Source: Candidatus Yanofskybacteria bacterium CG10_big_fil_rev_8_21_14_0_10_36_16
Lineage (GTDB): Bacteria; Patescibacteriota; Minisyncoccia; 2-02-FULL-40-12; IGHO2-01-FULL-4-A
NCBI GenBank assembly: GCA_002794035.1
Contig: PCXQ01000002.1
Location: 1-39,062 of the forward strand
DNA length: 39,062 nt
Direction of reading: 5' to 3'
This document shows positions 1 through 11,592 of the stretch, piece after piece. Position 1 is the first letter of the stretch. Every line of letters begins with the position of its first letter. The position numbers were made by a program, and so were the translations under genes. A model generated the notes under the pieces. It was not told the origin of the DNA. It was given only the letters and a program-made list of their open reading frames with translations, and ran no database searches.

Positions 1-529
1 AAATATTTAAAACCTCATTTGGTCTTTCAGTCTTTAGCATTCTAGCAGCTTCAAGAAAAAGCATGTTTTGATACTCGCCTACCGTACCGCCTATTTCTAT
101 CAATACAAAGTCAGCTTTATTTATTTTTCCGGCATTTTTTATCTGCCTTATAACTTCATTGGGGATATCGGGAACAACCTCAACACATCTACCGCCATAT
201 TCAAGATTACGCTCCTTTTGAATTACTGTTTGATAAACAGATCCTGTGGTCATGTAGTTGCTTCTTAAAATATTGTGATCAAGAAATCTTTCATAGTTAC
301 CAATGTCCTGATCGCATTCTAAGCCATCTTCGGTTACGAAAGACTCCCCATGCTCAACCGGGTTCATTGTACCGGCATCAACATTAATATACGGGTCAAT
401 CTTAACGGCAGTCACAGAATAACCGTATTCCTTAAGAATACGGCCAATTGATGCTGTTGCTATGCCCTTTCCTACCCCGGACATTACACCACCCGAAACA
501 AAAATGTATTTAGCTTTTTGTTGAGCCAA
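1..529 (-). CDS. pyrG: CTP synthase, N-terminal part (gene continues beyond window start)
   Basis: Not in ORF track because it runs off the window. Minus-strand translation from TTG 529-527 gives (M)AQQKAKYIFVSGGVMSGVGKGIATASIGRILKEYGYSVTAVKIDPYINVDAGTMNPVEHGE..., the CTP synthase synthetase-domain signature. An in-frame TGA at 550-548 bounds the start; choice of TTG as start is tentative. Confidence 0.85.
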   Translation of the reverse strand, partial: MAQQKAKYIFVSGGVMSGVGKGIATASIGRILKEYGYSVTAVKIDPYINVDAGTMNPVEHGESFVTEDGLECDQDIGNYERFLDHNILRSNYMTTGSVYQTVIQKERNLEYGGRCVEVVPDIPNEVIRQIKNAGKINKADFVLIEIGGTVGEYQNMLFLEAARMLKTERPNEVLNI

Positions 530-638
530 AAAGTTAATTATTAATTTTCAATTTTATAAACTTCAGATAGTAGTTATCCTTATTTAAAAATTTACTCATT
601 AAAAATTAATTAAAAATTAAAAAATTATTACTTTATAA

Positions 639-1193
639 CTAAAATTCTACCTTAACGTTTTCTCTCTCGCCTTCGTTCTCAAGCTCAAAGAATGCTTCCT
701 TGGCAAACTTAAACCACCCAGCGATAATGTTTGTGGGAAATTGCTCAACCTTAGTATTTAAATCTAAAACATTAGTATTATAGAATCTTCTTGCTGCTTG
801 AATCTTATTTTCTGTATCTGTTAACTCATCCTGTAATTTAGCAAAGTTTTCAGAAGCACGAAGCTGTGGATATGCCTCAGATATAGCAAATAAGCTCTTC
901 AGAGCCCCTGAGAGCATGTTTTCGGCCTCCGAATGTTCCTTAACACTTGAGGCATTCATAGCCGCACTACGGGCCTTTATAACGCTTTCCAACACATCTT
1001 TTTCGTGTGCTGCATAGCCCTTTACTGTCTCTACTAAATTGGGAATAAGGTCATATCTACGTTTCAATTGAATATCTATATCAGACCAAGCTTCCTTAAC
1101 TCTGTTTCTAACGCGGACAAGCATGTTGTATGCTCCGACCAACCATAGGCCAAAAACAACTGCGATTATTAAGATTATAAGTCCCAAATTCAT
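639..1193 (-). CDS. lemA: LemA family membrane protein
   Basis: N-terminal TM helix followed by [49 protein letters not shown], typical of LemA. TAG stop. Confidence 0.85.
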   Translation of the reverse strand: MNLGLIILIIAVVFGLWLVGAYNMLVRVRNRVKEAWSDIDIQLKRRYDLIPNLVETVKGYAAHEKDVLESVIKARSAAMNASSVKEHSEAENMLSGALKSLFAISEAYPQLRASENFAKLQDELTDTENKIQAARRFYNTNVLDLNTKVEQFPTNIIAGWFKFAKEAFFELENEGERENVKVEF

Positions 1194-1319
1194 ATTTTAT
1201 AGTTAAAAGTTTTTAAAGTTTATAAAGTATTTAACTTGATAAACTTTTTGCTTTAAAACTTGATAAACTTAAATTTTAATATATCACAAATAAAATTTAA
1301 ACAAAAATAAATGAGAGTT

Positions 1320-1703
1320 TCATAAACTCTCATTTGGTAAAAAATAAAGTGCATAGTTATACAAAGCCCCGATAAATACCGAAATTGAAGTAGCAAGCAA
1401 AACATTGGCTGTAAATAAAAAATAGGTCAAAATACCGAATATCAAAACAAAGGGTATTTTATAATATTTAATAAAAACTTTATAATTACTAATTTTTTTC
1501 ATCACAATCCTTGGCAAATAGTTACCCTCTGTATCAAAATCATTGTCATTTTTTTTCAAGTTAAGTTCGGTACTATGAAAATCTAAAGCGTTCACCCATA
1601 TCCACAAAGACCAAACAACCGGCCAAGACAAATAATTACCACTAAAGTCAAAACCAGCAATAGCCATCAAAAACATAGCAAATAAAAAAACCACGATGGT
1701 CAT
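1320..1703 (-). CDS. hypothetical multi-pass membrane protein
   Basis: 127-aa ORF with several hydrophobic helices and no recognisable motif. One of only two TGA-terminated ORFs in the window. Confidence 0.45.
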   Translation of the reverse strand: MTIVVFLFAMFLMAIAGFDFSGNYLSWPVVWSLWIWVNALDFHSTELNLKKNDNDFDTEGNYLPRIVMKKISNYKVFIKYYKIPFVLIFGILTYFLFTANVLLATSISVFIGALYNYALYFLPNESL

Positions 1704-1778
1704 TTCAATCCTCCATTTTATTTATTATTTTAAAAAACTTTTTAAAAGATTATCACTAATACTTATTTTTGCCAAATT

Positions 1779-1804
1779 AAAACCGCGCCTCCAGGCGCGG
1801 TTTT
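1779..1804 (-). terminator. intrinsic terminator downstream of groEL
   Basis: aaaa-CCGCGCC-tcca-GGCGCGG-tttt, a 7-bp GC stem with flanking A/T runs. Confidence 0.7.
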
Positions 1805-1876
1805 AATTAATTTAATTTGGAATCAAAACTAACCCCCCACCAACTTAATTCGGGAATCCGCCTTACTATGCGTTCC

Positions 1877-3577
<1,701 letters not shown>

Positions 3578-3630
3578 TTAGACTTAGCTAAACCAGCTCG
3601 TATTCTTAAAGCTTTTAATTTAATAAATTA

Positions 3631-3918
3631 TTATTCCAAAACAGCCAACACATCTTCTTCTCTGGCAATTAAATATTCTTTATCTTCTACCTTTACCTCG
3701 TTAGGGCCATATTTAGTAAATAAAACCACTTGGCCTTTTTTAAGACTAACGGGGATAAGCTTACCGTCATCGCCCATTTTACCAGGACCGACAGCAACAA
3801 CTTTAGCTTGTTCTGGCCTTTCTTTGCTCACGGTTTCGGGCAAAATAATACCACCTTTTTTATTTTCCTCTTTGACCGGCTCCAATACGACACGGTCGGA
3901 TAATGGCTTAATTTTCAT
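3631..3918 (-). CDS. groS: co-chaperonin GroES (Cpn10)
   Basis: MKIKPLSDRVVLEPVKEENKKGGIILPE...KEYLIAREEDVLAVLE. Start moved to the conserved MKIKPL (3918) instead of the GTG at 3984 used by the ORF track. Shine-Dalgarno is weak. Confidence 0.9.
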   Translation of the reverse strand: MKIKPLSDRVVLEPVKEENKKGGIILPETVSKERPEQAKVVAVGPGKMGDDGKLIPVSLKKGQVVLFTKYGPNEVKVEDKEYLIAREEDVLAVLE

Positions 3919-4000
3919 ACCTAATATTAGACGCTGATGCATAAATAAACACGAATTATAATTATTATTCGTGAATATCAACACATCTGTGTCGCTTTAG

Positions 4001-4027
4001 TTAGCACTTATTATATAAGAGTGCTAA
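4001..4027. promoter_or_regulatory. CIRCE operator (HrcA binding site) upstream of groES
   Basis: TTAGCACTT-N9-GAGTGCTAA compared with the consensus TTAGCACTC-N9-GAGTGCTAA. Confidence 0.9.
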
Positions 4028-4035
4028 TAACAAAT

Positions 4036-4077
4036 ATGTTAACAAAAACAAAAATCCAGTCAACCCCGCTCTTGAAA
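4036..4077 (-). promoter_or_regulatory. putative groESL promoter with upstream GC-rich box
   Basis: Minus strand reads TTTCAAGAGCGGGG-TTGACT-16 nt-TAACAT and ends about 8 nt before CIRCE. Confidence 0.5.
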
Positions 4078-4262
4078 TTGATTCCGTCGCCACTACTTCA
4101 CATAGTTGAACTTATTTATTTCAAGGGCGGGATCAGCCCCATTCTTAAAAAATATCGAAGTCATACAAAATCCCCGTTATTGTACGGGGATATTTTTCCA
4201 TGTCGGGGTAAATATATATTATATAGACTGAATTAAAATAACATGAAAAAATTTTGTTCTTA

Positions 4263-6029
4263 TTAAACTATATTTTTCTTATCCTCCTTTTCTTCTTCCT
4301 CTTTTTTATCTTCGTTAGTTTCTTTATCTTTGCCCTCCTCTTTGGGGTTAGGCATTGTAAAATTAGAATTTCCAAGAACAACATAATTTCCTGGAACTTC
4401 AAATGAATCAAAAATTAAAAATCTATCGTTTGGGCTTTGTTTGTTAAAAAACCAAGCCTCTGCCGAAGACAATCCATGAGCATTGCTTTTACCGGTTGCC
4501 TTGTCATCTGAACCGCAATCTTCGCAATACGCATAAATATTATTTCTGTTCTGAGTAAAATTCAACAACTTAATAACCTCAGGGGATGCCTGCCATTTTT
4601 TATTTAAAACTAAATTTGCCAAATAATTTCCTGATGATAACTTAATTTTTTTACCATGAAGACTTTCATCGATCTTTCTTAGAAATTTAAAATTAACCTC
4701 ATTACCGTCTTCATCATATAAAAAAGTGGTAACGGAAACCTTAGTTTTGTCTTCATCTACAAATTCGGCAACAGCTTTTTCATTAAAAACTAATGTTTTA
4801 TAATCTGTCTCGCTTTGGGATAAAACAATATCAATAGATTCAACATTTGGATTTAAATTTTCAGGCCCACCGACATACATCAGCAATTCATCGGGCAAAG
4901 TAAAAAAGTCTACTTTTTTACCGCTGTTGCCTGGAAATAGAAACGCTCCCCAAAATTTACTTTTTGCTAAAAGGTCGGGTGTATTCTTTCCCCTTACTTT
5001 ATAATCTATATCCATATCCAAGCTCCCATCCAATAAATTCTCGGCATTCTTAAGTGTCAACTGAAGTAAAGCGGGGATAATCTTGCTATAAGCGCAATAA
5101 ACTTTATTTTCATAAGTTTCACCTTTTTTGTTTTTTACGATTATGTTTAACTCAAAACTTTTAGCTGTAACTCCCAATTTTCCGACGACCCCGAACGGAC
5201 CGTTGAAGATAGCAGTCCCGATTGGACCTCCGGTTGTTTTAATGAATTTTGAAGATATCATCGTAGAAGCAATGTTTGTTAATGTGTTGGCCTTAAAAAT
5301 TGGCGCCCCCATTACCCCCATATTGAAAAGACCTTCCATGGAATGGCCGAAAACATATAATGTCTCCGCTGTGTTTTCAAATCTGCTGGTAATAACTGTG
5401 CCATTGGCACAAGCAACCCCCCCTTCATCATTCCACGCAAAACAAATTGCCACACTGTCTCCCGGGGCAAAAACAAGCTCGCCGTTTACAGCTGGTGTTT
5501 GATCAATAATATTGCCGGGCGTGCTTTGGGAAAGCCATTTATTTGAAATGCCTTGGCTATTTTTATAAAAATCAAATGTGTATTGAATAGGCATAATAAG
5601 ACCTTGAGGCCATTTGCCAAAAACCAAACTCGTCATCACAGAGCCCACCAATCGGCCGTCTATATATATAGGGGATCCGGACATGCCCTGCATAATACGC
5701 GTGGTTTCGAGTAATTTTCCGCTACCCTTACCGTCCCCTTTTAATTTGGGGCCATCATAATACTCTGCAAAAATTCCTTTATAAAAACCTAGGCCAATGT
5801 CATCAATTGATATCACTTTGCATTTAAATTTCTCGGGCTCTCCATTGCCGAAATCAGAATAGCCATAGCATTCCATGCCAGGTTTTACCTCAGATAAGGG
5901 CATAATCTCCTGAGCACCAACAGGAACCGTAATTAAAAACAAAATCATAGCTAGGAAAACAAAATTCAATAAACAACTTAAAAAAATCTTCTTTAATCCG
6001 TTCTCAAATTCATAGTTATTGTGTTCCAT
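4263..6029 (-). CDS. secreted/membrane-anchored serine peptidase, SpoIVB-like (S55) N-terminal domain plus long uncharacterised C-terminal region
   Basis: N-terminal TM/signal segment; LSEVKPGMECYGYS...RIMQGMSGSPIYIDGRLVGSVMTSLVFGKWPQGLIMPI resembles the S55 GMSGSP(I/V) catalytic-Ser region. Acidic/lysine-rich tail. Confidence 0.5.
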   Translation of the reverse strand: MEHNNYEFENGLKKIFLSCLLNFVFLAMILFLITVPVGAQEIMPLSEVKPGMECYGYSDFGNGEPEKFKCKVISIDDIGLGFYKGIFAEYYDGPKLKGDGKGSGKLLETTRIMQGMSGSPIYIDGRLVGSVMTSLVFGKWPQGLIMPIQYTFDFYKNSQGISNKWLSQSTPGNIIDQTPAVNGELVFAPGDSVAICFAWNDEGGVACANGTVITSRFENTAETLYVFGHSMEGLFNMGVMGAPIFKANTLTNIASTMISSKFIKTTGGPIGTAIFNGPFGVVGKLGVTAKSFELNIIVKNKKGETYENKVYCAYSKIIPALLQLTLKNAENLLDGSLDMDIDYKVRGKNTPDLLAKSKFWGAFLFPGNSGKKVDFFTLPDELLMYVGGPENLNPNVESIDIVLSQSETDYKTLVFNEKAVAEFVDEDKTKVSVTTFLYDEDGNEVNFKFLRKIDESLHGKKIKLSSGNYLANLVLNKKWQASPEVIKLLNFTQNRNNIYAYCEDCGSDDKATGKSNAHGLSSAEAWFFNKQSPNDRFLIFDSFEVPGNYVVLGNSNFTMPNPKEEGKDKETNEDKKEEEEKEDKKNIV

Positions 6030-6139
6030 ATATTTTTCCCCATGTTTTTAATGAACTAAATTTATATTAATTTACAATAAAACTCCCCAGGAATCAACCT
6101 CGGGAATTTTCAATATCGCCTTACTAAATCAATTAAAAA

Positions 6140-7084
6140 TTAAACCACAATACCCAAATCACTTAATTTGTCGCCATACTTCTTAATTATATATTTTTCT
6201 GGTGAGTCGGGATGAAACTCTAATCTCTCATCACAATACACAACCTTGCTCCCCTCTTTATAAGTGAGAGGGTTTTTAATTATTCTACCAAGCTGAATGT
6301 TTTTAGTTTTGCTTTCTACCACTCCTCCGATCCAATAAAAACTTAAAGCTCTCTCAAATAAAAAAGATATAGCCCTTGAAACCATGCTGGCTCTTTTGTG
6401 CTGGTTTGAATTAAAATTCCATTTTTGAACACAATCTAGAACCCACTTATTTTTCTCCTTAAACTCATCTACTATAGCTTCTTCTCTTACTAAAAGGGGT
6501 ATTAAACGAGAATATGTTTGTGCGTTATAAACACTTTTTAAATCAATATGCAATGATTTATCGGTTATATAATGATTTAAACATATTTTATCAGGTGCTA
6601 TTTTATCAGTTGGTTTTCGTCTAATCCCGACAAGAGACATTAAAACAACAATCAAAAACCTGGCAGTCCACATCCTGCCATGCTTCACAACAACCAAAAC
6701 ATCCAAATCACTCAACTCGTCTGTGCTTCCTGTAGCCAAAGAGCCGGATGCAAAAACAGCTTTGATAAACGGCAAAAAACTCATAAGAGAAACTGCGAGT
6801 CTTGTACGTTTTATTTTTTTATTTAAAATATTGTCTTTCTTTTTTCTTAGAGGAATTAAATATTCACGATTTGGTAAAAAATAATAATCGCCGTTTAAAT
6901 CGATTTTATTTTTTTTAATTAAATCAGCAAGAGAACGCCCCACCAAATCTTTTTTAGCAACAACACTTCTGGGAAAAGTTTTTATTAAATAATTAAAAAC
7001 CTCGTCCCTACTCAACGGATAATCAAAAATATCATAATAAATCAGTGTTGCCATTATAGATTTTTGTAAATCATCCATACTCAA
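6140..7084 (-). CDS. nucleotidyltransferase-domain protein
   Basis: GSLATGSTDELSDLDVLVVV (GS...DxD Pol-beta-type NTase motif) after a wHTH-like N-terminus, ATLIYYDIFDYPLSRDEV. Confidence 0.6.
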   Translation of the reverse strand: MSMDDLQKSIMATLIYYDIFDYPLSRDEVFNYLIKTFPRSVVAKKDLVGRSLADLIKKNKIDLNGDYYFLPNREYLIPLRKKKDNILNKKIKRTRLAVSLMSFLPFIKAVFASGSLATGSTDELSDLDVLVVVKHGRMWTARFLIVVLMSLVGIRRKPTDKIAPDKICLNHYITDKSLHIDLKSVYNAQTYSRLIPLLVREEAIVDEFKEKNKWVLDCVQKWNFNSNQHKRASMVSRAISFLFERALSFYWIGGVVESKTKNIQLGRIIKNPLTYKEGSKVVYCDERLEFHPDSPEKYIIKKYGDKLSDLGIVV

Positions 7085-7152
7085 ATATATACCACAGGCG
7101 ACAGGAATCTAAAAGCAAAAAATTAAACCCCGGAATAATCTTTATGCACAAT

Positions 7153-7178
7153 AAAAGCCCCGCCTTGGCGGGGCTTTA
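7153..7178 (-). terminator. intrinsic terminator after the 262-aa gene
   Basis: aaaAGCCCCGC-cttg-GCGGGGCTttaaaa. Confidence 0.6.
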
Positions 7179-7193
7179 AAAATTTTATAATTA

Positions 7194-7982
7194 TTATTCT
7201 AAGTAATCATCGTAATCATTATAATATTCCTTGTTATCTTCCTCAGTACCGCTTTCATTTTTCCAAAAATCTATACCCCTTATAAAACCATCTAAAAGTA
7301 TCTTATCTAATCTACTTCTATTCTCATTACCCAAAATAGCAGATATATCTGAATTCATCTCGCTTAATGAATGAACACTGGAGTACCTTTTAATAAATTC
7401 TCCGGCGAACATCAGCGCTTCCATCGTGGTCATATTAGTTTTGAAAATTTCTAAAATTTTTCTTTCTCTTTGTTCGTCATCTTGAATTCTTGATAATTCT
7501 TCCAAACTATTCATTATTTCTTGTCTTTGTTCATTGTTTTTTCTTTCATAAATCATTTCAAGAGCAATTAAAATTGCATCCAACCCTCTATTCATTCTTT
7601 CATGCTCTAGGTGGCCAGAATCAATCAATGATGCAACATCATCTGCATTATCATGCAAAATACCAATAACGAGCTGTCTGTTTATGAAAAATGGGCTTAT
7701 TGTCACACCTTCGCTCAGTTTGTTTTTTTCATATTCAGCTTGATCAATAAACTTAATAGAGAACCCCAAGGTTCCATTTGCCCAGCGATCCTTAATGTTG
7801 TCTACATAATAAGGCTTCGAAAACATACCCAAGCGTTGCGTTATTTGAGCATTAAAATTTCTTGTAACCAACTCGGGGTCGGCATTAAGAATTTCATCAT
7901 CGGTGTTTTGTGCAAAAACAGGTGCAAAAATAAAAACCAAGAACACAAGCACGGTTACCAAGATTCTAATTTTTTTCATCAT
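7194..7982 (-). CDS. hypothetical secreted protein
   Basis: 262-aa ORF with a signal peptide (ILVTVLVFLVFIFAPVFAQ) and an acidic C-terminus. No recognisable family. Divergent from the MoxR operon. Confidence 0.5.
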   Translation of the reverse strand: MMKKIRILVTVLVFLVFIFAPVFAQNTDDEILNADPELVTRNFNAQITQRLGMFSKPYYVDNIKDRWANGTLGFSIKFIDQAEYEKNKLSEGVTISPFFINRQLVIGILHDNADDVASLIDSGHLEHERMNRGLDAILIALEMIYERKNNEQRQEIMNSLEELSRIQDDEQRERKILEIFKTNMTTMEALMFAGEFIKRYSSVHSLSEMNSDISAILGNENRSRLDKILLDGFIRGIDFWKNESGTEEDNKEYYNDYDDYLE

Positions 7983-8151
7983 TGTCTCCTTAATTATATT
8001 TTAAAAAACTATGCTAATTTTAAACTTAAAGACCACAATGGTCAAGAACAAATAAGCATTGCATATCGCCGTAAAATTATACTTGTCATTTAAACTATAA
8101 TAGGATATTCTTTTGTGGAAAGAACCTTAACAATTAGTCCAGGAGACAATC

Positions 8152-9222
8152 ATGAATACTCACATTCTTAGCAAAAGAAATCTCAGCTTCACAGACGAAG
8201 AAGCCGAGGATTTTAGACAAAAAGTATTAAAGATTAAAGAAGAAGTTCACAAAGAAATTATCGGGCTTGATGAATCAATTGAAGGTCTAATTGTAGCACT
8301 TTTGGCTGGTTATAGCGGCAGAGGCCATGTAATTTTTGAAGCTGCTCCAGGCAGAGGTAAAACTCTTTTGATTAATGTTTTGGCAAGAGTAATGGATCTT
8401 AAATTTAAAAGGCTCCAGGGTACTCCCGACTGGGAACCCAGCGATCTTTTATACTCCCAAAAAGTAGAAGGCAAGACAATCCACGGGATTGTTTTTTCCG
8501 AAGGTCCTATTTTCACGAATATCCTTCTCGCAGATGAGCTGAACAGGAACACCCAAAAATTCCAAGCAGGTTTATTAGACGCTCTTGAGGAAAAAATGGT
8601 TACGTTTGAAAATGAACCCCGAAATCTGGGTCCAATCTTTCACGTTTTCGCAACTCAAAATCCGATCGAGACAGCTGGAACTTATGGCGTTTCAGAAGCC
8701 CTTATGGATAGATTCATGTTCAAAATATTTGTAGGGTTCCCAACGACAGAGGAACTTCGTCAAATTATTGCGAGAGATCAAGTGCCCAAAAAACTAAATG
8801 TACTCCTTGCACCTGCAGAACTTACAAAGTGGAGCAAATTAATTTACGAAAATTATACACTTAACCTAAAACCGAATTCTACTCCGGTTCGCTATATTGC
8901 CGACATAACAGAAAGAGCATATTATCACCCAGCAAAAAAGGAAGGCGAGGGTGGAGAATCGCCCTCAGTAAGAGCCGGCGAAGATCTAAAAATTGCAGCA
9001 GGCGTTGAAGCATTCCTGGGTGGGCGCGATAAAGTTAGCCAGCAAGATGTAAAAAAATGGATTATACCTGCCTTTCGAGGCAGATATGCCATTAGTAAAA
9101 GATTGGCAATTGAGTTTGGCTATGGTGGAGAAAAAGGAGAGAAAAGCCACCTAAACCACCTGACCGACAGTGTTTTGGCAGATATCATAAACAACACCCC
9201 ATTCGTTCCAAAGGAGGTATAA
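8152..9222 (+). CDS. MoxR-like AAA+ ATPase
   Basis: Walker A APGRGKT, then LQGTPDWEPSDLL and Walker B LLADELNR, the usual MoxR layout. SD AGGAGA lies upstream. Confidence 0.9.
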   Translation: MNTHILSKRNLSFTDEEAEDFRQKVLKIKEEVHKEIIGLDESIEGLIVALLAGYSGRGHVIFEAAPGRGKTLLINVLARVMDLKFKRLQGTPDWEPSDLLYSQKVEGKTIHGIVFSEGPIFTNILLADELNRNTQKFQAGLLDALEEKMVTFENEPRNLGPIFHVFATQNPIETAGTYGVSEALMDRFMFKIFVGFPTTEELRQIIARDQVPKKLNVLLAPAELTKWSKLIYENYTLNLKPNSTPVRYIADITERAYYHPAKKEGEGGESPSVRAGEDLKIAAGVEAFLGGRDKVSQQDVKKWIIPAFRGRYAISKRLAIEFGYGGEKGEKSHLNHLTDSVLADIINNTPFVPKEV

Positions 9223-9223
9223 A

Positions 9224-10105
9224 ATGCCGGATCAAAGATTACGATTATTTTTATCAAAAAAAATACACGGAATGCTTGCAGGCGATCATTCAAGCCAACA
9301 AATAAGCACCCGCGGTTATGAATTTGATGAGAGAAGAGAATATAGATTTGGTGATGACCTAAGATCAGTTAATCCTTTATCTACCGCAAAAAGAGGCGAA
9401 AACGCCAAACCAAGAGTGGACATAAAGCAGGTTGATAAAGGCGTAAATATAGTTTTTGTCATAGATTGTTCAAATTCAATGCAATTTGGAACTTTTAAGA
9501 GTAAGTATGAACAAGGGGTAGATCTAGCATTCAATATTAGCGAAGCTGCAATGGGAGGAGGAAATAGATTTCGTTTTATTGTTGTTGATAATGAAATAGT
9601 ATACGATAGTGGCCTTATATTTTCACAAAGCATCATATTAGAAAATGAGCCTAGGATAAAAAGACTAACCAGCAAAACCAAGACCACATCTTTCTCTAAC
9701 GCCATAAAATACATTGAAGATGGAATGGAAGAAGGCGTTTTCAATAGGCCGGGTTTAATATTCATCATATCCGATTTTTTAATTAACTGTCATGACAGTA
9801 ATTATTTAGAAAAAAATCTTGCTGACCTAAATAACATCTTCAGAATCTCTGAAGAGGTAGACACAATAGCTCTAATAATGAGAGACCCGGCTGAAACAAA
9901 AATACCGGGTCTTGGTATGGGTTTTCTTAGATTGTCAGACCCTGAAACAGGCATGAGTTTTATAGCAAAACAAAGCTCGGATACACTTGACAAACTTATG
10001 GAAACTTTGAAAAGATATGAACTAGATTTCCTTTTAGTAGATACTTCTACAGAATTGGAAAGGAACCTTGAAAAATTAGCTGATTTACTCGAAGAAAAGC
10101 ACTAG
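9224..10105 (+). CDS. DUF58 family protein (MoxR partner, VWA-like)
   Basis: GDHSSQQISTRGYEFDERREYRFGDDLRSVNP matches the DUF58 signature G..S...G.EF...R.Y..GD..R.I.W. Starts 1 nt after the MoxR stop. Confidence 0.8.
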   Translation: MPDQRLRLFLSKKIHGMLAGDHSSQQISTRGYEFDERREYRFGDDLRSVNPLSTAKRGENAKPRVDIKQVDKGVNIVFVIDCSNSMQFGTFKSKYEQGVDLAFNISEAAMGGGNRFRFIVVDNEIVYDSGLIFSQSIILENEPRIKRLTSKTKTTSFSNAIKYIEDGMEEGVFNRPGLIFIISDFLINCHDSNYLEKNLADLNNIFRISEEVDTIALIMRDPAETKIPGLGMGFLRLSDPETGMSFIAKQSSDTLDKLMETLKRYELDFLLVDTSTELERNLEKLADLLEEKH

Positions 10106-10119
10106 GCACAGGAGAACAC

Positions 10120-11589
10120 ATGCAGGCAACAGCTCAACTCACAAAACTTGCTACAATCCTCGCTGTGCTGTTCAGCTTTGAACTGCATGGCCAGGCTCCA
10201 TTAAAACCCTTAGTTGTTGAAACTCAGGTTGTAAATAAAGATTTTTTACCGGGTCAAAATGTTGAAATTAAATTTGGTCTTTCTGTAAGGAAGGATGTCA
10301 ATTATGATCCTAGCGGACTCGAGAATGTTGGCGACAACTTCTCAGTCCAGGAACTAGTTTTTACAAAACCAGTCCCAATAGGCCAAGAAAGAGAATACAA
10401 CGCAACAATTGCTACGCTTATTCTCAAGCCTGCTGACACCTTGTCATATGGCCAATACAAGTTAGAAGGCCTAGAAATAAAATATGACTTCCCTGTTTCT
10501 AGCTTTGAAAAAAACAAGGATGGACAAGAAGTCCTTGTTACAAAAAAACAAACAGAAAAAGTTGCCATACCAGCAGTAAATCTTAACAAAGTACCCCTTG
10601 TGGCATTTATTTCCTATGATGAGTCTTTTCAAGATGTGGTCAACATAAGTGAGCACACAGTACTAAGACTTGTAATCTTAAAAGAAAAAGGGGTCCAAAT
10701 ATTAAACGGGATCCCGCCAAACGAACTGGCAAAGGAAGGCATTAAAGATGCTTCAAATCTTGAAGGGCCAAATCTAAAACCCTTCAGCCTAATTAATTTC
10801 TACAACGAAACAATCGATAGAGGTCCTTATGAGGAATTAATATATGAGTATACATTGGCGCTTTATGAAGTAAGTCTAATGAAAATGTTTGAAATTCCCA
10901 AAATGAATATTTTTTATAGGGTTACAAATGAGTCCGACGGCTCAAGCTCTATTGAAAATTTTTCAACACCGGTTGTAAAAGTCAGGACCAATAGTGTTTT
11001 GATGGAAACCAGTGAATTCAAACCTCTCAAAAAAATATTGGGAGGCATGGAAAAAGATCGATACTGGCTTGTTTCCTATTTGCCAATATTGATAGCTAAA
11101 GTTCTGGGATGTCTAGCCCTTGTTTTGGCACTTTGGGGTTTGTCGGGACCATTTGTTCGGCTATTATCTCACGTAAAAAAGGTGGGTATTGCCAATATTA
11201 TACGCTCGACAAAAACAAAAATAGCTTTGTTTGTTAATAGTTTTTATTTTGTGAGCATGTTCAATTTAAAATTTAAATTAAGTGCTCTAGAAAAAAATCC
11301 AGACCAAGCAAAACTCAAAGATTTTATATGGGAATTGCGTTGCCACATCGGCAACATGGCCAAATTAAAACAAAAAGAGTTGGCCCACTCATATACTGCA
11401 CAAGAAATGCTTAAACATTTGCAACAAAGATATAAAGCAACAGAAATAGGCGTACTAGAAGCTGCTGAATATCTTCAAGATGAAGAAATAACTAACCAAG
11501 ATGTGGCTGTATTAAAAGAAGAACTTAATAAACTTAATAGGGCTAAAAAAATCAGACGATCCTGGGTTAAGAAACTACAAAGGAGGTAG
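10120..11589 (+). CDS. membrane-anchored beta-rich protein, possibly BatD-like
   Basis: Signal peptide, long extracytoplasmic region, TM segments near residues 330-350, and a charged C-terminal coil. The call rests on position within the Bat-like operon only. Confidence 0.4.
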   Translation: MQATAQLTKLATILAVLFSFELHGQAPLKPLVVETQVVNKDFLPGQNVEIKFGLSVRKDVNYDPSGLENVGDNFSVQELVFTKPVPIGQEREYNATIATLILKPADTLSYGQYKLEGLEIKYDFPVSSFEKNKDGQEVLVTKKQTEKVAIPAVNLNKVPLVAFISYDESFQDVVNISEHTVLRLVILKEKGVQILNGIPPNELAKEGIKDASNLEGPNLKPFSLINFYNETIDRGPYEELIYEYTLALYEVSLMKMFEIPKMNIFYRVTNESDGSSSIENFSTPVVKVRTNSVLMETSEFKPLKKILGGMEKDRYWLVSYLPILIAKVLGCLALVLALWGLSGPFVRLLSHVKKVGIANIIRSTKTKIALFVNSFYFVSMFNLKFKLSALEKNPDQAKLKDFIWELRCHIGNMAKLKQKELAHSYTAQEMLKHLQQRYKATEIGVLEAAEYLQDEEITNQDVAVLKEELNKLNRAKKIRRSWVKKLQRR

Positions 11590-11592
11590 GAC

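Noticed and set aside
68-268. 66-aa plus-strand ORF at the window start
   Set aside because: It lies antisense within the clearly recognisable pyrG coding sequence.
3919-3984. N-terminal 22-aa extension of GroES given by the ORF track (start 3984)
   Set aside because: The extension (MLIFTNNNYNSCLFMHQRLILG) has no GroES homology and starts at a GTG 17 nt from CIRCE. The conserved MKIKPL start at 3918 was used instead.
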